Shown here: one piece after another, positions 43,193-52,446 of the stretch
Position numbering within the stretch: position 1 is the stretch's first letter
Layout of the letters: every line of letters begins with the position of its first letter
Sequence record: DRR378314_409
Strand: one strand, 5' to 3'
Length of the DNA stretch: 64,000 nucleotides
The notes under the pieces: model-generated
What the model was told of the DNA's origin: nothing
The model's database searches: none
Seen by the model: the letters and a program-made list of their open reading frames with translations, nothing else
Made by a program: the position numbers and the translations under genes

Positions 43193-43350
43193 AAAAAAAG
43201 ACCAGCCTCTTTACAGAGGCTGGTAAGTCTAACAGGGAGGTATCATCCGAGGATGATATGCTACTCGCAACTGGGAGGAAGGCGAGTAGCGGAGAATATC
43301 GATAAAGGGGGTCGATATCCTGATCAATGCTGCGATGCAGCGTTGATGAT
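43193..43350 (-). ncRNA. candidate sRNA B (AbcR-like)
   Basis: Four hairpins including a UUCCUCCCAG loop; CCUCCCUGUUAGACUU linker; terminator at 43193-43224. Confidence 0.72.
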
Positions 43351-43475
43351 TGGAATATAGGCAAATGCACGTTTAAATGCCACCCTTTTTTTTGCAGTGC
43401 ACCCATGCATTTTGCGCATACCTAGATATAAAGGCCTAATCCATTTGTACGATGATGTTTGGAATGCGTTTGAGC

Positions 43476-43645
43476 AAAAAAAAGGCCAATCCTTGGGAGG
43501 AAGGATTGGCCTTAACTAACAGGGGATGTCATGAGAGTGTCATGACAGCTACTTGACACTGGGAGGAAATCAAATAGCAGTGTTCACGAAACATATGGGA
43601 GACTGTCGTGAAACAAAGAGAGTGTTGCGTTGCAACAATCAATGA
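43476..43645 (-). ncRNA. candidate sRNA C (AbcR-like)
   Basis: Hairpins with UUCCUCCCAG and CUCCCA loops; CCCCUGUUAG linker; terminator at 43476-43513 with CCUCCC loop. Confidence 0.72.
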
Positions 43646-43766
43646 CTGTGTTTTATGGGATCTGGCGGATAAAGAGTAGTAGAATAATTTCAAACCGGAT
43701 ATGCAGCATATGCATACCTGAGAGAGTCTGACTAAATATCAGAACAGAGTAATGTAAAGAGGCTGC

Positions 43767-44657
43767 CTAAAAAAATGACTCTGAGACTTTGCGGATCAGG
43801 AAATCTCTAAAGATGGTCACTCGTTTGGAATTTCTAAGTTCTTCTGGATAGACGTAATAGGCATCAAACTCCGGTCCTTCTAATTCAGGTAGAACCCGGA
43901 CCAGTCCTTTATGACCTTGTGTGATGTAGTCGGGCAGACTGCCAATGCCAAGACCGCTCTGAATAGCCAATAACAATCCATACACATTATTGACTTTGAA
44001 GATCGGCTGGATGTTTTCATCAACGTCTTTCAACAGGTCCAGGATCCAATTAACGCTGGCTATGTTAGAGGGGGCTTCGTCCCCATAAATCAATATTTTG
44101 CGATCGACAAGATCGTCAAGCTTTTTGGGTGTCCCGTTTTTCTGGATATATTCCGTCGACGCGTACAGATGATGTTTAACCGACATCAGCTTTCGCATGA
44201 TCAGGTCAGGCTGAACTGGCTCTCTGAGGCGGATGGCTACGTCCGCTTCGCGCATCGCCAGATCCAATTCGCGGTCCGCAAGGATCAAATTGACTGTGAT
44301 GTCTGGATACAGATCAATAAATTCACGGATTCTCGGGGTTAGCCAGTTTGATCCCACCCCGACAGTTGCCGACACCTTGATTTCCCCTGTGGGTTTATCT
44401 TTCGTGTCGGCCAACATCGCTTCAGTCATGGCGAGCTTGGCAAAAATCTCATGGGCGGTTTGATAGAGAAGCTCACCCTGCTCGGTCAGTAGGAGGCCGC
44501 GGGCATGGCGGTGAAACAAGGGTAACTGCAGACTTTCTTCCAATGCACTGATTTGTCTGCTGACCGCAGATTGACTTAAGTGCAGGGATTCTCCGGCATG
44601 GGTGAAGCTTCCAGCTTCCGCTACCGCATGAAAAATCCTGAGCTTATCCCAATCCAT
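43767..44657 (-). CDS. lsrB: LysR regulator LsrB/VtlR orthologue
   Basis: MDWDKLRIFHAVAEAGSFTHAG..FHRHARGL; downstream of trxB and near lrp (conserved synteny). Confidence 0.85.
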   Translation of the reverse strand: MDWDKLRIFHAVAEAGSFTHAGESLHLSQSAVSRQISALEESLQLPLFHRHARGLLLTEQGELLYQTAHEIFAKLAMTEAMLADTKDKPTGEIKVSATVGVGSNWLTPRIREFIDLYPDITVNLILADRELDLAMREADVAIRLREPVQPDLIMRKLMSVKHHLYASTEYIQKNGTPKKLDDLVDRKILIYGDEAPSNIASVNWILDLLKDVDENIQPIFKVNNVYGLLLAIQSGLGIGSLPDYITQGHKGLVRVLPELEGPEFDAYYVYPEELRNSKRVTIFRDFLIRKVSESFF

Positions 44658-44790
44658 TGTCGATCCGTATTTCCATCAAATCCAAACATTTACGATGCAC
44701 TCTCATAATGTAAGGCGTTGATCGCGATTTCAGTCAGGCAAAATGAAAAATGCCAGACAATATCAATGCCAGCGTGGCAAAACTGCTACG

Positions 44791-45735
44791 TCATTCATTC
44801 TCAGCTATATACCGTTCCGCCTCCAGGGCCGCCATGCAGCCTGTCCCTGCTGCTGTTACAGCTTGGCGGTAGATCTTGTCTTGCACGTCACCGCAAGCAA
44901 ACAGGCCTGGAATATTTGTCGCGGTGGAATCTGCGGCTGTTAGAATATAGCCTTCGCTGTCCATATCGACCTTCCCCTTAAACAAGTCCGTATTTGGGGT
45001 ATGGCCGATAGCAATAAAGACACCATGAACATCCACATGTGTTGTGTCATTCGTTTTCACATTTTTCAGCTGAACACCCGTTACGCCTGGGGGTTGCTGA
45101 TCTCCAACAATTTCATCCAGGACAGTGTCCCAAAGAACCTCAATCTTTTCGTTCTTCATCAGCCGGTCGATGAGGATTTTTTCAGCCCGGAACTCATCCC
45201 GGCGATGAATGACGGTTACTTTTGATGCATGGTTGGTAAGGTAGAGTGCTTCTTCCACTGCAGTGTTTCCGCCACCGACGACGAGTACTTCCTTGCCACG
45301 GTAGAAAAATCCGTCGCAAGTCGCGCAGGCTGACACGCCAAAGCCCATGAATTTTTCTTCAGACGGGATGCCCAGCCATTTGGCAGACGCGCCGGTCGAG
45401 ATAATGACACTGTCCGCAATATACTTGGCCCCGCTATCCGCCGTGGCGATAAACGGCCGCTGTGATGTATCCAGATCCGTGATGATATCGTAATGGATAT
45501 CAGTTCCAACATTCTTGGCCTGTGCTTCCATTTGTTCCATCAGCCAGGGCCCTTGAATAGGGTCAGCAAAACCAGGGTAATTTTCTACATCTGTTGTTAT
45601 CGTAAGCTGTCCGCCGGGTTGGAGCCCATGCACCATGATCGGGTTCAAAGACGCGCGCGCAGCATAGATGGCGGCAGTACAGCCGGCGGGGCCGGACCCA
45701 ATAATCAGTACGTTTGTTTTATGTGTATCTGCCAT
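44791..45735 (-). CDS. trxB: thioredoxin reductase
   Basis: GSGPAG, CATCDG, GGGNTAVEEA and RQAVTAAG motifs. Confidence 0.98.
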   Translation of the reverse strand: MADTHKTNVLIIGSGPAGCTAAIYAARASLNPIMVHGLQPGGQLTITTDVENYPGFADPIQGPWLMEQMEAQAKNVGTDIHYDIITDLDTSQRPFIATADSGAKYIADSVIISTGASAKWLGIPSEEKFMGFGVSACATCDGFFYRGKEVLVVGGGNTAVEEALYLTNHASKVTVIHRRDEFRAEKILIDRLMKNEKIEVLWDTVLDEIVGDQQPPGVTGVQLKNVKTNDTTHVDVHGVFIAIGHTPNTDLFKGKVDMDSEGYILTAADSTATNIPGLFACGDVQDKIYRQAVTAAGTGCMAALEAERYIAENE

Positions 45736-45859
45736 TTCCAACTCCTTGGCCAATCGTGCGTTCATCCACCCTACAGAACTGCTTTATGTATTATGACCTT
45801 TATGTCCATGCAAGAGGCATATATGGACAAAGCGGAGATAAGATGTCGCAAATATAGTG

Positions 45860-46837
45860 TTATGATCGGGATCGAGCGTTAAATTTTTTGAGAACAATTT
45901 CACCAACTCTTTGAGATTCCCTAAGAACTGGTGGCCGCCAAGAGGGAAGGTCACCCGTAAAGGGTCGGGTGTAGCCTTTTTTCTGCATTTGATTATGAAA
46001 AAAGTTGAATTTCCGATTGCCGCCTTCAAGCTCGAAAACCAGCGTTGGTTTGCCAGTTGAAACGGCTTCACATACCATATTTACAGAATCGGCCGTGACA
46101 ATGATGCTATCTGCAGACTCCAGGAAGGCAAAATAGGGGTTCGTCCCGCTTCCATCCCAAAAATAATGAGGAAGGCGAGAGAGTGTTTTCTTCAAAGTAG
46201 CCGTATTATCGGCACCTGTCCGCCGGGATGCCGTGACCAGAAAAAAGCAGCCTGTCTGATCGTGGAGCTTTTCCAGATGATTGCAAAGGGTGTCTATAAT
46301 GTCTGCTGTCATGCGGTAACATTTATTACTCCCCCCCACTAATACCGTCACGATAGGTTTTGCACCCTTGGGTACTAAATCAGGAAACTGTTGGTTGGCT
46401 AGGGTTAGTTTTTCTTCTGTGATCCGGGTGAGCGAGCCTTCGGTGGTGATCACATTCTCACCTCTGAGCCGGTCATGTTCTGGAACGATCACCAGATCAA
46501 AATGGGCTGCCGCAGTGTTTGGTGTCTGAATGTGGACAGTAAATGTCTTGCCTTCACTCTTTTTATGGATAGCGATGCTCATGGGAATAGCCTGACGGCC
46601 ACAGGTGATTAGGATCTCAGGCCATGGCTCATCAAGCTGATCTCCCTCTGTTTGCAATTGAGAGAGTGGACAGATCCAAAGCTGAGGCGGCAGCCATCGC
46701 CACGGTTTTTTGGTCTTTATCCGTTTGATGTCCGTGTGTAGCCCCATCGCCTCGGCAAGCCCGATACATTGGTTCTCCATCCCGGCGCTGCCATCCGTAA
46801 CAATCCAGCATGTCGGATTTTTGCGATCAGATTCCAT
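45860..46837 (-). CDS. ELM1/DUF1022-family protein
   Basis: GMENQCIGLAEA, PEHD, SRRT, NPY and VTADSVNM motifs. Confidence 0.85.
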   Translation of the reverse strand: MESDRKNPTCWIVTDGSAGMENQCIGLAEAMGLHTDIKRIKTKKPWRWLPPQLWICPLSQLQTEGDQLDEPWPEILITCGRQAIPMSIAIHKKSEGKTFTVHIQTPNTAAAHFDLVIVPEHDRLRGENVITTEGSLTRITEEKLTLANQQFPDLVPKGAKPIVTVLVGGSNKCYRMTADIIDTLCNHLEKLHDQTGCFFLVTASRRTGADNTATLKKTLSRLPHYFWDGSGTNPYFAFLESADSIIVTADSVNMVCEAVSTGKPTLVFELEGGNRKFNFFHNQMQKKGYTRPFTGDLPSWRPPVLRESQRVGEIVLKKFNARSRS

Positions 46838-46993
46838 ATAAGTTCTTTTGCTGCGACCAAGTTTTCCTGTTTGCACTATTCCTGACAGTTCTATTAGGTC
46901 AAGAAATTTAATTACGCGAAGGGAGATAACAAGGCTTGGAGAATTGGCTTCTTTGTAATATTATTGCGTGAAATAGTGATGTGGAGGCAATGT

Positions 46994-47476
46994 ATGCAAC
47001 GCGTAAAACTCGATAATATTGATCGGCGGATACTGCATGATTTGCAGGGAAATGGTCGTATTACCAACGTGGAGCTCGCAAAAAATGCGGGTATTTCTGC
47101 CCCTCCTTGTTTAAGACGGGTTCGGGCGCTTGAACTGTCAGGCTATATCGAAGGATATCATGCGCAACTAAATTCCGAAAATCTGGGATTTGGCGTAACA
47201 GTATTTGCACTGGTCGGCCTTCACAGTCAGGCGGAGGCGGATCTGAACGCGTTCGAAGAAAAAGTACAAAGCTGGCCTATGGTCCGGGAATGTTACATGT
47301 TGGCTGGTGAAAACGACTTTATTTTGAAAGTCGTGGCAAAAGACTGGGATTCTTATCAGCATTTTCTGACCCATGACCTGACAGCAGCACCAAATGTAGA
47401 GCATGTGAAAACATCGTTGGGAATTCGGGTTTCGAAATTTCTACCGGGCGTGCCTGTTGAAATGGAACAGGACTAG
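46994..47476 (+). CDS. Lrp/AsnC-family regulator
   Basis: LDNIDRRIL..NVELA..ISAPPCLRRVRALE HTH. Confidence 0.93.
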   Translation: MQRVKLDNIDRRILHDLQGNGRITNVELAKNAGISAPPCLRRVRALELSGYIEGYHAQLNSENLGFGVTVFALVGLHSQAEADLNAFEEKVQSWPMVRECYMLAGENDFILKVVAKDWDSYQHFLTHDLTAAPNVEHVKTSLGIRVSKFLPGVPVEMEQD

Positions 47477-47539
47477 GGAAGCGAAAATACGTCGTTTCAC
47501 CAGATAATAATGGATAGAAACAGTTAATCTGGAGGAAGC

Positions 47540-49159
47540 ATGAGCATTTATGAAGCCGGTCTGTCTGCAAATCCGGCAAATTATGAGCCTCTTTCGCCCA
47601 TTACATTTCTTGAACGGTCTGCATCCGTATACCCAGATCATGTTGCAATGGTGCATGGGAACTGGTCCTGCACCTATTCTGAGTTTTACGCCCGTAGTCG
47701 CCGGTTGGCGAGTGCACTGAAGCAGCGTGGGATCAGTCATGGTGATACTATTTCCGTTTTGGCCCCTAATATCCCCGCTATTCTGGAAAGCCATTTTGGG
47801 GTGCCCATGTGCGGGGCGGTTCTGAATGCTTTAAATACCCGATTGGACGCATCCACCATTGCGTTTATTCTGGATCATGGTGAGTGCAAACTGATTATGG
47901 TGGACCGTGAATATTCGGAATTGGTCCGCGAAGCACTGCTAATTGCAACATCTGATCCGATTGTCATTGATATAGATGATCCGTTGGCAACGAGTGGTGA
48001 ACTGATCGGTGAAATGACATATGAGCAATTCTTGGCAACTGGCGATCCTGAGTTTGCCTGGGTTGGTCCTGAAGATGAGTGGCAGGCTATTGCCCTGAAT
48101 TATACGTCTGGAACAACAGGTGATCCCAAAGGGGTCGTTTATCACCACCGCGGTGCGTATCTGGCGGCAACTGGCAACACCTTGTCATGGGGTATGGCCA
48201 AGCACCCTGTTTACCTATGGACCCTTCCCATGTTCCATTGCAATGGGTGGTGTTTTCCATGGACGATCACGGCGGTTGGTGGAACGCATGTGTGTCTGCG
48301 TAAAGTTGAAGCAGAACCTATCTTTGAGGCTATGGGCGCCAGTGGCGTTGATCATTTGTGTGGCGCTCCGATTGTTCTTTCCATGCTGATTAATGCTAGC
48401 GAAGAAGATAAGAAAAAAGCCAATCCCGGTATTAAGGTAATGGTTGCAGCAGCCCCGCCACCTGCCCCTGTTCTGGCGGAAATGGACCGGTTAGGGTTTG
48501 ATGTCACTCACGTTTATGGGCTTACAGAATGCTACGGGCCGGCCGTGGTTTGTGACTGGAATGATGCCTGGAATGAAAAGTCAGTTGAAGATCGCGCTGC
48601 ATTGAAAGCCCGACAGGGGGTGCGTTATCACGCGTTGGGTGGATTGGATGTTCTGGATCCGGAAACCATGCAACCCGTTCCCAAGGATGGAAATACCATG
48701 GGTGAGGTCATGATGCGCGGGAACATGGTGATGAAAGGATATCTTAAAAATCCGACGACTACCGATAAATCGTTGAAAGATGGATGGTTCCATACGGGAG
48801 ATTTAGGGGTCCTGCACGAGGATGGGTATCTGGAGCTTAGAGACCGCTCAAAAGATATTATTATCTCTGGTGGGGAAAATATCTCAACGATTGAGGTGGA
48901 AGGGGTCCTCTATAAGCATCCCGCTGTCCTGGATGCAGCCGTTGTCGCCCGGCCCGATGACAAATGGGGGGAGACTCCTTGTGCATTTGTAACCTTGCGG
49001 GCTGGAAAAGAGACAACTGCAGCAGAGTTGATCGGGTTTTGCCGGGATAACATGGCCCATTATAAATGTCCCAAGACGGTTGTTTTTGATGAGTTGCCAA
49101 AGACCTCTACGGGTAAAGTTCAAAAATTCGTTCTGCGGGAGCGGGCGAAGCATCTTTAG
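47540..49159 (+). CDS. acyl-CoA synthetase (AMP-forming)
   Basis: YTSGTTGDPKG, YGLTE, SGGENIS and PKTSTGK motifs. Confidence 0.93.
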   Translation: MSIYEAGLSANPANYEPLSPITFLERSASVYPDHVAMVHGNWSCTYSEFYARSRRLASALKQRGISHGDTISVLAPNIPAILESHFGVPMCGAVLNALNTRLDASTIAFILDHGECKLIMVDREYSELVREALLIATSDPIVIDIDDPLATSGELIGEMTYEQFLATGDPEFAWVGPEDEWQAIALNYTSGTTGDPKGVVYHHRGAYLAATGNTLSWGMAKHPVYLWTLPMFHCNGWCFPWTITAVGGTHVCLRKVEAEPIFEAMGASGVDHLCGAPIVLSMLINASEEDKKKANPGIKVMVAAAPPPAPVLAEMDRLGFDVTHVYGLTECYGPAVVCDWNDAWNEKSVEDRAALKARQGVRYHALGGLDVLDPETMQPVPKDGNTMGEVMMRGNMVMKGYLKNPTTTDKSLKDGWFHTGDLGVLHEDGYLELRDRSKDIIISGGENISTIEVEGVLYKHPAVLDAAVVARPDDKWGETPCAFVTLRAGKETTAAELIGFCRDNMAHYKCPKTVVFDELPKTSTGKVQKFVLRERAKHL

Positions 49160-49248
49160 CTCCTCGATTTTGGACGGTTATATATTTCTTAACCAAAATA
49201 GGCGAAAGCTTACCTCAGGAAACGTTTTTGCGTTCTTGGGAGAAATTG

Positions 49249-49518
49249 ATGACCCATTTTTTGGTAACCGAAGAAAATCCGACGGGCCACAAACTGGAAG
49301 ATGCGCTGACTATGGTTCGTTCAGACATCATTCACAGGTGTACCCGTATTACAGATGATACGCGCGCGGAGGCGCAAGCTGTTCTTGCAAATAATATGCG
49401 TGTTCTGGCTTTGTTGACAGAAGCGATTGATATCGCGAACGAGAGTACCCGCATTCTGGATAAAGCATTTGGTCCCAGCCAAGCAGGTAAAGGCGGACCG
49501 CCGCGCATCGGAACCTGA
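49249..49518 (+). CDS. small hypothetical protein
   Basis: GGGAG SD before ATG at 49249; protein-like helical composition. Confidence 0.7.
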   Translation: MTHFLVTEENPTGHKLEDALTMVRSDIIHRCTRITDDTRAEAQAVLANNMRVLALLTEAIDIANESTRILDKAFGPSQAGKGGPPRIGT

Positions 49519-49534
49519 CGCGCGGCTATCAGTT

Positions 49535-50323
49535 TTAGAGAAACGCGATCAAGGCTTTGCGGACATCGTCCGCCTTTTCAATCATCTGCATATGTCCACA
49601 ATTTTCAAGAAGCACGGTTTGAGAGCCGGGAATGCTTTCTGTCAGCTTGCGTGCTGCGCGGGGCATTGTCATCATGTCCTTATCGCCGAGGATAAAAAGG
49701 ACCGGACATTTCAGGCTTTTAGCCGCGTCAAACCCTCCTTCATAATTGGCACAGATGGACAGGCCTTTGTAGAGCGTGTCATCGCCCGCACGCTCGACAG
49801 TGCGAAGGGCGTTGCCAATCATCCAAAGACCCGGAACTTCCGACTGCCCGACATGGGAGGGGCGAGCATGTGACCAGTCAATCATCATCTGGTATGCGGA
49901 AGGATCATTATTTTTGGCCTTGTTCAGGAAATCTTCTCCCACCATCATTGGAAACGCCGTGCCGATAAGAACCAGCTTGTCGACCCTATCTGGATATCTT
50001 CCCGCGGCAGACAAAGCAGTTAAAGAGCCCATGCTGTGCCCGACGAGAGAGGCTGACTGAAGATCCTGGCTGTCCATAAAGCTAATGACGCAGTCTGCCA
50101 TTTCGTCAATGGACGCGGGAATTGAACCTTCGCTTTTGCCGTGACCAGGTAAATCAAGGGCAAACACATTATAACCGCGATGGGCAACATATCGGCTTTG
50201 AAGTGCCCACGCCGTGTGATCCATTGCAGCACCATGCAAAAACAGGACGGATGGCAAATCCGGATCGAAAACCTTCCCGCCAGTTGCAGCAAAAAGAGAC
50301 ATGTTATTTACTGAGTTATACAT
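49535..50323 (-). CDS. alpha/beta hydrolase
   Basis: FLHGA, DLPGHG, GHSMG, CGH. Confidence 0.9.
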   Translation of the reverse strand: MYNSVNNMSLFAATGGKVFDPDLPSVLFLHGAAMDHTAWALQSRYVAHRGYNVFALDLPGHGKSEGSIPASIDEMADCVISFMDSQDLQSASLVGHSMGSLTALSAAGRYPDRVDKLVLIGTAFPMMVGEDFLNKAKNNDPSAYQMMIDWSHARPSHVGQSEVPGLWMIGNALRTVERAGDDTLYKGLSICANYEGGFDAAKSLKCPVLFILGDKDMMTMPRAARKLTESIPGSQTVLLENCGHMQMIEKADDVRKALIAFL

Positions 50324-50335
50324 TTTTGTCTCCCG

Positions 50336-51649
50336 TTACGCTGTTGCTTTTTCAGCAACTTTGGCAGCCACTCTAAGGCCGAGTTTGAGATCTTTGATCA
50401 GGTCATCCGCATCTTCAAGGCCCACAGACAGCCGGATCATCCCTTCAGAGATTCCTGCATTTTCCAGTGCCTCTTTATCCATTTGCTGGTGAGTTGTGGA
50501 CGCGGGATGAATGACCAGACTTTTTGCATCTCCTACATTTGCCAAATGAGAGAAAACTTGAAGTTGTTCGATGAATGCTTTGCCTGCTTCTCGGCCACCC
50601 TTGACCGTAAAGCTGAAAATCGACCCGCATCCTTTTGGCAATATTTCAGCCGCTAACTTGTGGTCTGGATGATTTGTAAGCTCAGGGTAGGATACATGTT
50701 CAACCGCGTCGTGACTGGCAAGGAACTCGATTATCTTACGGGCATTTTGAACATGTTTCTCCATGCGGATGGATAAAGTTTCGATACCTTGCAGAATATG
50801 AAAAGAGTTTGTTGGGCTTATGCAGGCGCCAAAATCGCGAATGCCTTCAGTACGGGCCCGCATGAGAAATGCTAGAGGCCCAAATTCTTCTTCATACTTT
50901 ATCCCGTGATAGCCTTCATAAGGCTCTGTCAGGGTTGGAAATTTGTCACTTGCCGACCAGTCAAAGCGTCCACCATCGATAAGCACGCCGGCCATTGCAA
51001 TTCCATGTCCGCCGAGAAACTTGGTTGCGGAATGCATAACAAGGTCCGCACCATGATCCAAGGGGCGGCATAGGTAGGGGGTTGCAAATGTGTTGTCGAT
51101 CAACAATGGAATACCCGCGCCGTGAGCAATATCAGATACAGCTTTGATATTTGTCACTTCTAGCCCCGGGTTACCCAAAGTCTCTGAGATGACAAGTCTG
51201 GTATTGTCTTGAATAGCAGATTTGAAGGCACCCAGATCTTGCGGATTCACAAAGGTTGTTTGAATGCCGAAGCGCGGCATGGTGTGTTTCAACAGATTAT
51301 ATGTCCCACCGTAAACAGATTGGGAGCAGACAATATGGGCTCCGGCACTCATGAGAGTGACAATCGCAAGGTGCAGGGCGGCATGACCTGACGCCGTACA
51401 AATGGCTCCTATTCCCCCTTCCAGACTTGCCAGGCGTTCTTCCAGTACCGCAGTCGTCGGGTTGGAAAGGCGTGCATAGATATGACCGGTTGTCTCAAGA
51501 TTAAATAGAGACGCCGCATGGTCAGAATCTTTGAAAACGTATGACGTGGTTTGGTAGATGGGAACAGCGCGAGAGCCGGTGGTCGGATCTGGCTTATGCC
51601 CGGCATGCAAGCTGAGCGTATCGAATTTGAGGAAATTTGGGTCTGCCAT
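50336..51649 (-). CDS. metY: O-acetylhomoserine aminocarboxypropyltransferase
   Basis: PIYQTTSY, DNTFATP, HSATKF and HLANVGDAK motifs. Confidence 0.92.
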   Translation of the reverse strand: MADPNFLKFDTLSLHAGHKPDPTTGSRAVPIYQTTSYVFKDSDHAASLFNLETTGHIYARLSNPTTAVLEERLASLEGGIGAICTASGHAALHLAIVTLMSAGAHIVCSQSVYGGTYNLLKHTMPRFGIQTTFVNPQDLGAFKSAIQDNTRLVISETLGNPGLEVTNIKAVSDIAHGAGIPLLIDNTFATPYLCRPLDHGADLVMHSATKFLGGHGIAMAGVLIDGGRFDWSASDKFPTLTEPYEGYHGIKYEEEFGPLAFLMRARTEGIRDFGACISPTNSFHILQGIETLSIRMEKHVQNARKIIEFLASHDAVEHVSYPELTNHPDHKLAAEILPKGCGSIFSFTVKGGREAGKAFIEQLQVFSHLANVGDAKSLVIHPASTTHQQMDKEALENAGISEGMIRLSVGLEDADDLIKDLKLGLRVAAKVAEKATA

Positions 51650-51928
51650 TTACACACTTCCCTGATAGTTTGTGATTTGGTCGGGGAGGCTATACTGGCA
51701 GTCTCATCAGGTCCAGATGAATTCTAGGTGAGGTGTGATTTTCAGTTTTGGACAGTCATCCAAAAAGTGAGGGGGCTGCTAATAAAAGCGCCCCCTTCTT
51801 TGGTTTGATACCTCAACCTGTCAGACTTGACCTGTTGCCAAGGAATAAACTCTGATTCTGTCTGTGAGTCAAGTTACAGAACCTCGAAAAGTCATAAAAA
51901 TGTAAAAAAATACATCTTGACAGAAGAT

Positions 51929-52030
51929 AAAAAAAGAGCCGCCTTTTAGGGCGGCTCAAGTCAACAGGGAGGCGTCAAACAGATTGGATGAGATCCAATC
52001 GACAACCCATGACGGGGCTGCTAAGTCTTA
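51929..52030 (-). ncRNA. candidate sRNA D
   Basis: Two hairpins, single-stranded UUUGACGCCUCCCUGUUGACUU, terminator at 51929-51957. Confidence 0.68.
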
Positions 52031-52046
52031 ATTTAAGCGTATTTTA

Positions 52047-52062
52047 TTAAATTACAATTAAC
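52047..52062. promoter_or_regulatory. CtrA box
   Basis: Exact TTAA-N7-TTAAC. Confidence 0.55.
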
Positions 52063-52152
52063 GAATACACGTATTGGCGCTTTTTTTCAAAAAAATGTAA
52101 AACTTCAGTAATATTTGGATCTGAACATCAAAAGTTTTACCTATAAATCAGC

Positions 52153-52335
52153 TTAGCTTTTGAAAAAGCTATCCGCACTTAACTGAGCGGCCTTTTTCTT
52201 CTCTATAAAGCTCTCGGCTGTCTTGATTTCGTCCTGCAGTCGTTTGATATAGTCTTCCAATTCATCCACAGACATTGTGTCGAAATTCACAGATAAAGGC
52301 GGTTGAAGCGGGGCATCAGTTTCATCACTTGTCAT
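52153..52335 (-). CDS. DUF1192-family small protein
   Basis: MSVDELEDYI..LQDEI..KKAAQLSADSFFK; divergent from the quinone oxidoreductase gene. Confidence 0.8.
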   Translation of the reverse strand: MTSDETDAPLQPPLSVNFDTMSVDELEDYIKRLQDEIKTAESFIEKKKAAQLSADSFFKS

Positions 52336-52446
52336 TTTGGGAAACCTCCATATTCTGTAGCGCAATCAGGCATGCATTAGAAAGTAATGCCGACACGCCG
52401 CTCAAACAAGAGATAGCATTAAGATAAGGAAAAGTGGGAGAGAGAA

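Noticed and set aside
43164-43406. Short ORFs on both strands (43164-43406 minus, 43166-43360 plus)
   Set aside because: They overlay the hairpin and terminator array and have no protein-like features
42985-43645. Possible CRISPR array or REP/MITE repeats
   Set aside because: No identical direct repeats with regular spacers, no cas or transposase genes, no terminal inverted repeats
51650-51900. SAM-II/SAM-alpha riboswitch before metY
   Set aside because: Could not find the GAUUU...GCUAAA consensus on the coding strand
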